Part shown: piece after piece, positions 38,943-48,566 of the stretch | Position numbering within the stretch: the first letter of the stretch is position 1 | Layout: each line of letters begins with the position of its first letter | Source of the DNA: Candidatus Moraniibacteriota bacterium | GTDB lineage: Bacteria > Patescibacteriota > Minisyncoccia > Moranbacterales > UBA1568 | Length of the DNA: 64,000 nucleotides | Reading direction: 5' to 3' | Assembly: GCA_963743885.1 (NCBI GenBank) | Contig: CAVURJ010000002.1 | Coordinates: 109,020-173,019, forward strand | The notes under the pieces: model-generated | Database searches by the model: none | Told to the model about the DNA's origin: nothing | Seen by the model: the letters and a program-made list of their open reading frames with translations, nothing else | Position numbers and translations under genes: made by a program

Positions 38943-39542
38943 ATGCATGTCACACTGAATCCGAAGGCAGTGGAGTTTCCGGGGCTGCCCGCGTCCGCAT
39001 CTCGCGTCGACAATTCCCATCTCTTCTGGAGGCCCGCGATGATTCTCGCCAAGGGCGAAATTGATGCCCTGAGCAATCACTCCGACCTCTCCGAGATGGA
39101 ACAGCGCCGGGCGAAGAAAGAGATCGCCCGTAAGCAGACCGATGGCCTGCTCGGCATTCTCCGGGGCGGTGCCGTCACGAGCTACTTCGTCAAGATTGAC
39201 TTGGCGATGGACATCCTGTTCTTCATCGGTCTGACGATGGAACGCTACCTGGAGATCCGGCCCATCATTGTTGGCTTCTGCGGCGACGAAGCGGGCAATC
39301 TTCCCGAGAAGATCTTCCGTCGTCTGGCTACGCTCGATGAGCGCGACGCTGCGTATCACAACAAGCGGACCAGCCAGCCGCCACGTCATGACGGCGGCCT
39401 GCAGCGGGTCGGCAAGACCGCTCGTGACCACCAGCCGCGGAGTGAGCGTCATCCCACTGGTCGTGGCGCTATCAGCGGCCCGGCCAAAGGAGCCACCCAC
39501 AATATCGCTCCGAAGTCTGGAAGCAAGAAGGGGAAGAAGTGA
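38943..39542 (+). CDS. Hypothetical protein (basic C-terminal tail)
   Basis: The ORF is preceded by a GAAGGAGAAACGTC-ATG SD and the consensus promoter. An overlapping minus-strand ORF (38823-39593) is judged an artefact. Confidence 0.4.
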   Translation: MHVTLNPKAVEFPGLPASASRVDNSHLFWRPAMILAKGEIDALSNHSDLSEMEQRRAKKEIARKQTDGLLGILRGGAVTSYFVKIDLAMDILFFIGLTMERYLEIRPIIVGFCGDEAGNLPEKIFRRLATLDERDAAYHNKRTSQPPRHDGGLQRVGKTARDHQPRSERHPTGRGAISGPAKGATHNIAPKSGSKKGKK

Positions 39543-39689
39543 TTTCCAACTCCGTTGCGGTCTGATGAGAATCTCGCCGTCCGTGACGTGCACCCTGTGT
39601 CTGTATTGAACGGGGTGTTTTCTTTTGTCTAAAAGCGCTTATTTTGGTACACTGAGGGTGTTACTTGTTTTGAATTTCTACTACCGGGT

Positions 39690-40898
39690 ATGAATAAGAA
39701 ACGGATTTTTTCGGGTATCAAGCCGTCGGGAGACCTGCATCTGGGCAACTATCTCGGGGCGATCCGGCAGTGGCTGGAGCTTCAGGATGAGTACGACGCG
39801 GTTTTTTCCGTGGTCGACTTGCATGCTGTCACGGTGCCGCAGGATCCGGTGGAGCTTCGTCAGAAGACGCTTGAGATTGCCAAGATCTATCTCGCGGCCG
39901 GTATTGATCCCAAGAAGTGCATCCTTTTCATTCAGTCGCATGTGAAGGAACATGCTGAACTCTGCTGGTTGCTCAATACCATCACGAAGACGGGTGATCT
40001 GACCAAGATGACGCAGTTTAAAGATAAGGCGGGGATGGATTTTGATAAGCTCGAGGCTTTTCTTGAAAAAATTGGAAAAGAAGAGTTTGTTGATGATTTA
40101 ATGAAAAAAAGCATAGAAGAAGTTCCAGAATCCTATAAAGAAGGATTACCAGAGAAAATTAGTAGAGACAATGCCATTAAAATTGTTTTTCATAGGGGAT
40201 TAGCAACAGGCTTTGAACGAGGTATAAATAACGCAAAGAAGTTTTTTTCCTTAAGTAAGGAGCAATTTAATTCTTCTGGCGTCGCATTCTTTGACTACCC
40301 GGTACTCATGGCGGCGGATATCCTGCTCTATGATACCGATGTCGTGCCGGTAGGCGAGGATCAAGTGCAGCATGTGGAGCTTGCCCGTACCTTGGCGCGG
40401 CGCTTCAATGACCGATTTGGCGAGACATTCACCGTGCCGGAAGCGCGCGTCAATCAGGAGTCGGCCCGCATCATGCGGCTCGATGATCCGGTGAAGAAGA
40501 TGTCCAAGTCCGCTGCGTCGGAATACGGCTATATCGCGCTCACCGATGATGCTGAGATCGTCAGGAAGAAGATTAAAAAGGCAGTAACAGACAGCGGTTC
40601 CGAAATTGTGTATTCAGATGAGAAGCCTGCGCTCAAGAATCTGATCAATATATATTCCTTGCTTTCGAATAAGACTCCACAGGAGATTGAAACGATGTAT
40701 GCAGGGAAAGGTTATGGTGATTTCAAGAGCGATCTCGCAGAAGTCGTCGTCGGATTCCTTGTGCCGTTTCAGGAACGGCTGGCCGCCATCTCTGATGATG
40801 AGGTGCTTGCTCTCCTTCGAGACGGTGCCGAGAAGGCTCGTACGCTCGCAGTCGCCAAGCTCGATGAAGTAAAAAAGAAAGTCGGATTTGTGATCTAG
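39690..40898 (+). CDS. trpS: Tryptophanyl-tRNA synthetase with about 75-80-aa AT-rich in-frame insertion
   Basis: 'SGIKPSGDLHLGNYLGAI' (HIGH-region class Ic), 'YPVLMAADILLY', 'KMSKS'. At 402 aa it is longer than the usual about 330 aa. Confidence 0.9.
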   Translation: MNKKRIFSGIKPSGDLHLGNYLGAIRQWLELQDEYDAVFSVVDLHAVTVPQDPVELRQKTLEIAKIYLAAGIDPKKCILFIQSHVKEHAELCWLLNTITKTGDLTKMTQFKDKAGMDFDKLEAFLEKIGKEEFVDDLMKKSIEEVPESYKEGLPEKISRDNAIKIVFHRGLATGFERGINNAKKFFSLSKEQFNSSGVAFFDYPVLMAADILLYDTDVVPVGEDQVQHVELARTLARRFNDRFGETFTVPEARVNQESARIMRLDDPVKKMSKSAASEYGYIALTDDAEIVRKKIKKAVTDSGSEIVYSDEKPALKNLINIYSLLSNKTPQEIETMYAGKGYGDFKSDLAEVVVGFLVPFQERLAAISDDEVLALLRDGAEKARTLAVAKLDEVKKKVGFVI

Positions 40899-40910
40899 AG
40901 TTTATATATT

Positions 40911-41873
40911 ATGCGAGAACGATTTACTTTTGTCGGACCAGGTAGAACCCCCGAGGAAGAGGTTAGTGCGGCATATAGCATGGCCCGGAAAAGGAAGGAG
41001 AAGGAAAAGTTTAGCGAGATAGAGCTTGAAAAGACCGCTGAAGAATTGCGCGTCATCGATTATATTGATGATCTTCTTAAGGAGGAATTCTGCGATTTAG
41101 GCATTATTGAGATGCCTGAGATACATCCTGATCGATTCGTTTTTATTTCAGAGGAGGATTTTTCTCAGCGAGAGAGTAAAGAAGGAGTGAAAGGAACTTA
41201 TTTTTCTTTTGAAGATGTTGCGATGTTTTGTCGTGAGCGTTCATTGAATCGCGTAGATTTGTATAAGACGATGATGCACGAGGCCGTACATATGACGTCT
41301 CATATGAAGCATTGGGTGGACGTCAAGAATAAGAAAATCAATCAATATCGCGTCGGATACTCAATTGCGAATACGTCTCATCCGGATGATAGGCATCCGC
41401 ACCTAAATGCTTTTAACGAGGGAGTGACGGAATTGACGGTTGAGCAGTTTTTCCATAAGCACAAAAATGATATTGTTAAAAAATTTGATTTTTCTGATGA
41501 GGAGTTTAGAGAGGCTAAATTTTCGTATGCGTTATTCCGATCGATCGTGATGGTAATATGTGAGGGAGTGGCGGCGTATGAGGGAGTTAAAAAAATAGAT
41601 GTTTGGGAGAGAATAAAGAAAGGGCAGTTCACCGGGGAGTTGATGCATCTGAGAGGGATTGAACGTGCGTATGGCTTCGAGGCACTTGATGTTTTGGATG
41701 CGCTTGAAATCGATGATAGCGATATTGCAAACAGTACCAAGGAAGTGGCTTCGCAGAAGAATGAGAAGATTCTTGAATATTTTCTGAATTATGATCAGCC
41801 AGGAAATGATCGTAGCATAATCCGTAAGAAGTTGATGGACGAGATTCTTGGGGAGAAAGTTGAGGATAAATAA
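40911..41873 (+). CDS. Hypothetical protein with HExxH motif (possible metallopeptidase-like), lower GC than surroundings
   Basis: 'MMHEAVHMTSH' contains HEAVH; no other recognisable domain. Confidence 0.35.
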   Translation: MRERFTFVGPGRTPEEEVSAAYSMARKRKEKEKFSEIELEKTAEELRVIDYIDDLLKEEFCDLGIIEMPEIHPDRFVFISEEDFSQRESKEGVKGTYFSFEDVAMFCRERSLNRVDLYKTMMHEAVHMTSHMKHWVDVKNKKINQYRVGYSIANTSHPDDRHPHLNAFNEGVTELTVEQFFHKHKNDIVKKFDFSDEEFREAKFSYALFRSIVMVICEGVAAYEGVKKIDVWERIKKGQFTGELMHLRGIERAYGFEALDVLDALEIDDSDIANSTKEVASQKNEKILEYFLNYDQPGNDRSIIRKKLMDEILGEKVEDK

Positions 41874-41878
41874 TTTTT

Positions 41879-42229
41879 TTGCTTATGAAAAACATCACAG
41901 CGGAACAATTGAAACAGGTGCTTGCAGAAGGGGTAGAGAAAGTCCTGATTGTTGATGTGCGCGAGACGGATGAAGTTGAGGAAGCACCGCTCCTCTCTGG
42001 TGTGGCGTATTATGCCAATCTGCCCTTGAGCGTCCTCCAGATGCTGCCGAAGGAGGAAGTAAAGGAGCGTTTCGAGAAGCTTTCGACCGCGGCCGGGGCG
42101 AAGCTTGATGAGACGAGGGTTATCCTCTCATGTCGCTCGGGTGCTCGATCCGGCGCTGCGCAGGCGGTGCTCGCCCAGTATGGTGTGGAGGCAGAGAATC
42201 TCGAGGGTGGGTATATCGGCTGGTTGTAA
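41879..42229 (+). CDS. Rhodanese-domain (sulfurtransferase-like) protein
   Basis: 116 aa; active-site loop 'SCRSGARSG'; C-terminal 'LEGGYIGW'. Confidence 0.65.
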   Translation: MLMKNITAEQLKQVLAEGVEKVLIVDVRETDEVEEAPLLSGVAYYANLPLSVLQMLPKEEVKERFEKLSTAAGAKLDETRVILSCRSGARSGAAQAVLAQYGVEAENLEGGYIGWL

Positions 42230-42748
42230 AAAAGAAGAGAGACTGTCAAAGACAGTCTCGGTGCAAGGCTGGATGGGTTCATATGCCAGCGGATGCCAGA
42301 TTGGAATACCCCCTGTTTTTTAAGGCGCGTTGATTGGCTATCATGCGCAGATGGATTTCATGTGCTGCTTCGCTTGGATAGAGTTCGTAAACCAAGCATT
42401 GATTGTGGGGGTTATCGCAGGTACAGGGTTGGTCAGGGTGTTCCCGTACAAAACGGCTACGCAAGACCGGGATGCCGCAAAAACGGCTGTCATCGCTGAG
42501 ATCCTGATATCGGCCGTTGTTCACGAGCGGGCAGGGGGTAGCGAGTTGGCTGCTCATGGAAGATTCCTTTCTGATGATTGGTTGTTAAGGGACGGGATTT
42601 GAGAGGGGATACGGGTAGAAAAAAACCGCCATAGAAGGCGGTTTCATCCTTTTGTGAAGGCCTCGGTTGTGAGGTGTTTCGTATCCATTGCTACCCAGTA
42701 TACTCTTTTTCGGACAGGCTGTCAACTTCATCGCAGTTCTATCCGGGA

Positions 42749-44134
42749 TTAGCCACGGATAATCGAGAGGAGTTCGGCTTTCTTCTCTTCCATGAGTTCC
42801 GGCGTCTTGGCTTCGAGGTTGAGGCGGAGCAGGGGCTCGGTGTTGGATGGGCGGATATTGAACCACCAGTCTGGATAGTCCACCTTGAGTCCGTCGAGTT
42901 CGTGCTGCGTGCCATCGGCATATTTTTCCTTGAGCTTGGCGAGGACAGTGTCCTTATCAGCGACTTCGCTATTGATCTCGCCGGAGTGCGAGTAGCGTCG
43001 GAGCGCCTGGACGAGTTCGGAAACCGGTTTGCTGGTCTCAGCCATGAGGTTGAGGATCGAGAGGACGGCGAGGGTGCTCGCTTCCGCGCAGGAATTCTCG
43101 GAGAAATAGTAGTGGCCGGAGAGTTCGCCCGCGAAGACGGCATTCTCTTCGCGCATCTGGCGCTTGATGAAGGCGTGGCCGACGCGGCATTCGGATGCCT
43201 GGCCGCCGTGTTCCTCGATCCATTCCTTCACAGAGCGTGAGGAGCGGAGGTCGTAGAGGATAGTCGCACCCGGCTCGCGCTCGAGGACGACACCGGCGAT
43301 GAGCGCAGTCGTGAGGTCCATCGGGATGACGGTGCCATGCTCATCGACGAAGCCGACGCGGTCTGCATCACCGTCATAGGCGACACCGAGATCGGCGCCG
43401 GTCTCTTTGACCTTCGCGCAGAGCTCGTCGAGCGTCTCAGTTTTGAGCGGGTTGGCCTCGTGGCATTCGAAGGGATGGTCGAGGTCGTTGTAGAGGTTGA
43501 CGATCGTCAGATTGTCGCGAAACTGCTCGAGGATTGGAAGCTCGAGGACGCCCATGGCATTGGCGGTATCGATGGTGATGCGGAATTTTTTGTCTTTGAG
43601 ATCGGCAAAGGAAGAGAAGTAGCCATAGTAAGCCGGCTTGATATCCTCGGCGATGAGCGTGCCGCGTTCTTCTGGTTCCGTCCATTCGTTCTTGATCGCC
43701 AGGTCGCGGATCTGGGCGAGGCCGCTCGTCTCGCCGACTGGGACGGCGCCACGGAGCGCGATCTTCATGCCGTTGTATTCCGGGGGGTTGTGCGAAGCAG
43801 TGATGGAGACGGCGGCATCGACATCGAGGCGTCCGGCAGCGAAATAGACCATCGGGGTCGTGATGACGCCGAGGTCGAGCACGGTACAGCCCTGGTCCAT
43901 GACGCCCTTGGCGAAGCTCTCGAAGAGGCTCGGGGAGGAAGCGCGGACATCTCGGCCGACCGCGAGACGCTTGGTTTCGAGGTGGGTCACGACGGCGCGG
44001 CCGATCCGGTACGCGTCTTCTTCATTGATATCGGTCGGATAGATGCCGCGGATGTCGTAGGCTTTGAAACTGCCTGGATTCATAGTGGGAGAGTAAATGA
44101 TTATTCTTTCGGTTATTATACCATAGAAGGACAT
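42749..44134 (-). CDS. Phosphoglucomutase/phosphomannomutase (alpha-D-phosphohexomutase family)
   Basis: 'ITASHNPPEYNGMK' phosphoserine loop, 'GVAYDGDADRVGFVD' metal-binding loop, 'GELSGHYYF'. Confidence 0.85.
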   Translation of the reverse strand: MSFYGIITERIIIYSPTMNPGSFKAYDIRGIYPTDINEEDAYRIGRAVVTHLETKRLAVGRDVRASSPSLFESFAKGVMDQGCTVLDLGVITTPMVYFAAGRLDVDAAVSITASHNPPEYNGMKIALRGAVPVGETSGLAQIRDLAIKNEWTEPEERGTLIAEDIKPAYYGYFSSFADLKDKKFRITIDTANAMGVLELPILEQFRDNLTIVNLYNDLDHPFECHEANPLKTETLDELCAKVKETGADLGVAYDGDADRVGFVDEHGTVIPMDLTTALIAGVVLEREPGATILYDLRSSRSVKEWIEEHGGQASECRVGHAFIKRQMREENAVFAGELSGHYYFSENSCAEASTLAVLSILNLMAETSKPVSELVQALRRYSHSGEINSEVADKDTVLAKLKEKYADGTQHELDGLKVDYPDWWFNIRPSNTEPLLRLNLEAKTPELMEEKKAELLSIIRG

Positions 44135-44205
44135 TGACAGAATGGGATATTTTTGGAATAATCATGACATTCTTTTTTTTCAGTTCTTTTTGAGGAGCGT
44201 ATTTC

Positions 44206-44622
44206 ATGCGGATTACGATGGCGTGTCGGTGTTGGAAGACAAGGACTATCCTTTTTTTGTCAGATAAAGGCGGGCAGTATAGACTGCCGGTCATGGAGAT
44301 GTGCCAGAGTGAGGGGCAGGGGGCGGCGTTTTCCCGTTTTATCCAGGAACATTTCGGGCTCAATCCCGAAGTATTCGATCCTACGTTCCGGACGCTAGGG
44401 CGGGAAAATAGCCTTCCCCCGAGCCATTTCGTGTTTTGCTCAGTCCAGGAGCCGGTGCATCCTCTCTACGGATATGGGACGTTGCCTTTCAAGTGGGTGG
44501 CTCGATCTGAGCTTCAGGATATGGAACGGTTCGTTCTGGAAACGCAACGCATTCTCTCAACTCCTGTTGTTCAGGGCATCCTGTTCGATTTTCAGCGTGC
44601 GGCAGCGCCCGATGTGTTCTGA
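44206..44622 (+). CDS. Hypothetical protein
   Basis: 138-aa ORF with no motif; may be spurious. Confidence 0.25.
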   Translation: MRITMACRCWKTRTILFLSDKGGQYRLPVMEMCQSEGQGAAFSRFIQEHFGLNPEVFDPTFRTLGRENSLPPSHFVFCSVQEPVHPLYGYGTLPFKWVARSELQDMERFVLETQRILSTPVVQGILFDFQRAAAPDVF

Positions 44623-44867
44623 GATTTTCTGAGGCTTGCATTGCAGGCCTCTTTTCTTTGCTCTGGTTGAGTCCTGTTGGATTCCGTCCTATCTTTTTGT
44701 ATATCACTATTTTTATGAGGTCGTTCAAAAATAGTGATACGGTGAGGATGTGATGTGGGTTGTGAAAGGTGTTGCTTGATTGACCAGGATTGTTTTTTCT
44801 GCCAGAATGGCATGTATTCGATGGGGTTTTCTATACCCTATATCCTAACTCCTAAACCCCACCTATC

Positions 44868-45917
44868 ATGTCTCTCAAAGTCGGAATCGTCGGTTTGCCG
44901 AATGTCGGGAAGTCCACGTTGTTCAAGGCATTGACCCGTAAGGCGGTTGATATTAATAATTACCCGTTTTGTACCATTGAACCAAATATCGGTATTGTGG
45001 AAGTGCCGGACGAGCGTTTGGGGAAATTAGCGGTTATGTCTGGAACGAAAAAGATTATTCCGGCCGTCATTGAGTTCGTCGATATTGCTGGCCTCGTGAA
45101 GGGGGCGAGCGAGGGTGAGGGTCTCGGCAACAAATTTCTGGCGAATATTCGCGAGGTAGATGCGATTGTTGAAGTCGTCCGCGCGTTCGAGAACCCGGAT
45201 ATCATCCATGTGCACAATCGCGTCGAGCCGAAGGAAGATATCGAGATCATCAATACCGAGCTCATCCTGGCCGACATGGAGACGGTCGCTAAGCGGAAAC
45301 TGAAGACGGTTAAGGAAGCGCGTGCCGGCAAGAAGGAGGCGATTGCTGAGATGGCGGTGCTCGAGAAGCTCGAGACAGAGCTCCAGGCGGAGCGTCTGGT
45401 CCATGGACTGATCGGAACGTTGTCTGACGAGGAGCAAAAGATCGCGCGTGAGCTCCAGCTTCTCACCGCCAAGCCATTCTTGTATGTGTACAATGTCTCG
45501 GATATTGACCGGACGCTCGCGCCGGAACTTGAGGAGCGGCCGCACGTAAAGCTCGACATCAAGATTGAAGAGGAACTCATCGAGATGTCGGCTGAGGATA
45601 TCGCCGAGATGGGCCTCCAGTCGCATCTGGGCGACCTCGCCAAGAAAGCGTATGCGCTCTTGGGTCTCATGACGTATTTCACGACCGGAGAGATGGAGAC
45701 GCGTGCTTGGACAGTGAAGCAGGGCTCGACTGCGCCGCAGGCCGGAGCAGCCATTCATGGTGACTTCGAAGAGAAGTTCATCCGCGCCGAAGTGATCCAC
45801 TTTACGAAGCTCTTGGAAGCTGGCTCGTGGGGTGCAGCCAGGGACCTGGGTACGCTTCGCCTTGAGGGTAAGGATTATATTGTTGAGGACGGTGACGTAA
45901 TCGTCTTCAAGATTTGA
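44868..45917 (+). CDS. ychF: Ribosome-binding ATPase YchF (Obg-family GTPase/ATPase)
   Basis: 'VGIVGLPNVGKSTLFKALT', 'NYPFCTIEPNIGIVEVPDERL', C-terminal TGS-like domain. Confidence 0.9.
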   Translation: MSLKVGIVGLPNVGKSTLFKALTRKAVDINNYPFCTIEPNIGIVEVPDERLGKLAVMSGTKKIIPAVIEFVDIAGLVKGASEGEGLGNKFLANIREVDAIVEVVRAFENPDIIHVHNRVEPKEDIEIINTELILADMETVAKRKLKTVKEARAGKKEAIAEMAVLEKLETELQAERLVHGLIGTLSDEEQKIARELQLLTAKPFLYVYNVSDIDRTLAPELEERPHVKLDIKIEEELIEMSAEDIAEMGLQSHLGDLAKKAYALLGLMTYFTTGEMETRAWTVKQGSTAPQAGAAIHGDFEEKFIRAEVIHFTKLLEAGSWGAARDLGTLRLEGKDYIVEDGDVIVFKI

Positions 45918-45978
45918 ATCCCTTTCAATATGAGGGGAAATATGGTATTGTTTTGGTAGAAATCTCCCGTGTTATTTC

Positions 45979-46527
45979 GTGTTAGATACTCGGAAAAACA
46001 AAAAATATTTTCGTATGCGCAGATTGTTCTTTGCTACAGCGATTGCTCTCGTGCTCTTTTCAAATGTCGCTGTTTTTGTGTATTTTTATCATTCTCTCTG
46101 GTATAAATCGGAGAGCGCCATTGTATTATCAAAACCAGTTTCGGAACAACTGATTGTTTCTGCTCCAGTTTCCAATGAAGAACCAATTAAGACTGATTTT
46201 GGTATCAAGTTGCCAGATGGTTTCCCGTCTGATATCCCCATTGAACAAGGAGTAGGTATCAGGCAGGGCTACGCGCTTGATTATGGGATAAAGAAGCAAT
46301 ATACGGTAGTGTTCTTATCGCTGAAGACCGTTACTGAGAATCGTTTGCTTTATGAAGCTTATCTTGATAAGAACGGTTGGGGTATCTTGAATAAACAAGA
46401 TGATGATGTTTTGGTAGCGCTTTATGCTACCAAGGCGCAAGATGATATCAGTGTGACCGTTATCGGTGATATGGATGGCATGTCGACTGAATCACAAGTG
46501 AGCATTAGCATCTTGAAAAAGATATGA
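45979..46527 (+). CDS. Hypothetical membrane-anchored protein
   Basis: N-terminal TM (LFFATAIALVLFSNVAVFVYFY), no motif. Confidence 0.35.
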   Translation: MLDTRKNKKYFRMRRLFFATAIALVLFSNVAVFVYFYHSLWYKSESAIVLSKPVSEQLIVSAPVSNEEPIKTDFGIKLPDGFPSDIPIEQGVGIRQGYALDYGIKKQYTVVFLSLKTVTENRLLYEAYLDKNGWGILNKQDDDVLVALYATKAQDDISVTVIGDMDGMSTESQVSISILKKI

Positions 46528-46799
46528 ATACGAAATTAACTGCATCGGTTTTTGTCTTCTTCCTCGGCATGATTTTTTTCGTCGGTGCTGGTAGAGTGGA
46601 GGCAATGACGGTTGGTATTTATCCGCTCGGAAATCCGTCCCTTCCTCTTATGGGGACGTTTACTATAGACACCGATAAGGCTTCGTATGAACCCGGTGAA
46701 AATATAACAATTACCGGGTCTTTTTCTGTGACTTTCCAAATAGGCCTGGCTTTTCCCTGGAGAATGTCCGCAAAATTAAAATACAGAACCCGCTCCTAG
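46524..46799 (+). CDS. Small secreted protein (signal peptide); possibly the N-terminal fragment of a frameshifted gene continuing in ORF 46804-47997
   Basis: Signal peptide 'MNTKLTASVFVFFLGMIFFVGAGRVEA'. Stop lies 4 nt before the next ATG in another frame. Confidence 0.35.
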   Translation: MNTKLTASVFVFFLGMIFFVGAGRVEAMTVGIYPLGNPSLPLMGTFTIDTDKASYEPGENITITGSFSVTFQIGLAFPWRMSAKLKYRTRS

Positions 46800-46803
46800 C
46801 ATA

Positions 46804-47997
46804 TGGAAACCGAATCCCTACAGGCTTCTGATCTCTACGGATTGGAGCGGTTCTGGAGGAAGGACGGTTGTTGCGCCTGCTACGCCAGGGGAATATGTGG
46901 TTAATGGCTTTATCACAGGAGGTGCCTTCGGTGGATATAGTGGGAGCATAACCCTTCCGATACGGGTGGCCAATCCTATTGTTGGCACCATTGATGTTTC
47001 CTCGAATATTCCGACTTCTTGGACTATTGCCGGCCCGACTACTCTTTCTGGATCGGGGATAACCGTCTCGTATACGGATCAGCCTGTCGGTACCTATACT
47101 ATCATCTGGAACCCTGTTTCTGGTTATGTTACACCAGTCTCACAATCTCTTTCTAACGTGAGCAATGGCGATACGATCTCTTTCATCGGAAACTATATCT
47201 CCGTATCGGGTGTCGATTTGATCGCTGGGCCAGTCACGCCCATTACGGCCATAGCCAACTCCTCTACGATCTTCTCATCGACGATAAGTAATATCGGTAT
47301 GGGCTCGACGGGTATTAGTTCCTTGAGTTTTTTTCAGGTTGCTTCCGGGCCTGGAGGTACTGGCACGGTCACTGATCTTCCGTCTTCGATTGTGCCAGTT
47401 CTCGGTACTGGAGGAAGCGCTCCTGTATCCGTCTCCCACACTTTCTCCTTGGCTGGGACGTATTCTATGCGCGCCTGCGCCGATGCGATTCTATCACTAT
47501 CATTGGGCGGCGGTGTCATAACTGAGACGAATGAGGAAAATAATTGTGGCCCTTGGACGGATATCACTGTCTTAAACGCTCCTCCCAGCATCTCTTTCGC
47601 GATTAATGGCTCTACTGGCCCGCTCCTTCTTTTCAAGGGTGATACAGAGATTATTAATTGGACCGTCTCTGATGCCACGTCTTGTGTAGCCATCTCATCC
47701 GACAAATGGTCTGGATCGAAAGATCCCGCGAGTGGCACTGATACGCAGTCTGCAGCCACGACCTCGGATTTCACGCTCGAATGCACCGGCCCCGGAGGCA
47801 CTGCCTCCGAGACGGTCCATGCGGACGTTTCCTGTGCTCCGAGTACTGGCACCTGGAGAGACTGTGACTGTGCCACGGAGACTAAATCTCGTACACGCAT
47901 AGACGCTTCATGCTCCACATGGATGGAGACTCAGGAATGTACCACTGATGAGAAGAATGCCTGCCGCGACTTCAATTGGAGAGAGGTGAGGCCGTAG
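46804..47997 (+). CDS. Thr/Ser/Gly-rich secreted-type protein with Cys-rich C-terminal domain ending ...CRDFNWREVRP
   Basis: The frame is open from the ATG at about 46804 (the track lists a GTG at 46897). The C-terminal tail motif is shared with ORF 873-2120. No signal peptide of its own. Confidence 0.45.
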   Translation, partial: WKPNPYRLLISTDWSGSGGRTVVAPATPGEYVVNGFITGGAFGGYSGSITLPIRVANPIVGTIDVSSNIPTSWTIAGPTTLSGSGITVSYTDQPVGTYTIIWNPVSGYVTPVSQSLSNVSNGDTISFIGNYISVSGVDLIAGPVTPITAIANSSTIFSSTISNIGMGSTGISSLSFFQVASGPGGTGTVTDLPSSIVPVLGTGGSAPVSVSHTFSLAGTYSMRACADAILSLSLGGGVITETNEENNCGPWTDITVLNAPPSISFAINGSTGPLLLFKGDTEIINWTVSDATSCVAISSDKWSGSKDPASGTDTQSAATTSDFTLECTGPGGTASETVHADVSCAPSTGTWRDCDCATETKSRTRIDASCSTWMETQECTTDEKNACRDFNWREVRP

Positions 47998-48072
47998 GAG
48001 GTAAAAAGACACAAGACACAAGAGACAGGGTACAAGGTGTAAGAGGGGAAAAATGATGAGAGATAAAACTAT

Positions 48073-48492
48073 ATGAGATACCTTCTCGTAGCCATGTTCG
48101 CAGCTATCGTAGCGATGGCACCGCTTTCTGTGGAGGCCGCTTTGGTTAATTGTGCCACGGCTGCTCATCCGGAGCCCTGTACGATCTGTCATATGATCCA
48201 GGGAGGAGTCGGTCTTATGGATTGGGGACTGGCGATCATGACCGCCATAGGAATCACGGTCATTGTCGGTATGGCTATCCTTTATATCGTCTCGGCGGGA
48301 GATGACGGGTTGATGCAGACCGCCAAAGGAGGTATCAAAGCCGCTTTTATAGGATTTGCGGTTATGCTGTCTGCTTGGCTTATCGTCCATACGACACTTC
48401 GGATTTTCGGAGCTACCGCTATCACCGGATATAGCGCTGGGAGTAGCGCGTTTTCTTTTATCTGCAATACCGAATCTTCTGCCAGACGCTGA
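48073..48492 (+). CDS. Small pilin-like membrane protein (signal peptide plus hydrophobic helix - 'YIVSAGDDG..TAKGG' loop - helix), VirB2/TrbC-type-pilin-like
   Basis: The architecture and conserved loop are shared with both halves of ORF 60193-60813. Confidence 0.45.
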   Translation: MRYLLVAMFAAIVAMAPLSVEAALVNCATAAHPEPCTICHMIQGGVGLMDWGLAIMTAIGITVIVGMAILYIVSAGDDGLMQTAKGGIKAAFIGFAVMLSAWLIVHTTLRIFGATAITGYSAGSSAFSFICNTESSARR

Positions 48493-48566
48493 GATACTTT
48501 TTTGCTTTTCATTTCGAATGATTGGGCTCATGTCTTTGAATGAGGTTTTTTCTAGGAAAGAATAGC

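Noticed and set aside
38823-39593. 256-aa minus-strand ORF overlapping plus-strand ORF 38943-39542.
   Set aside because: The plus-strand ORF has a consensus promoter, structured leader and SD. The minus ORF has no start context and would run into the promoter.
40030-40280. Intein in trpS.
   Set aside because: The insert is only about 80 aa, lacks an N-terminal Cys/Ser and a C-terminal His-Asn plus nucleophile, and has no endonuclease or Hint motifs.
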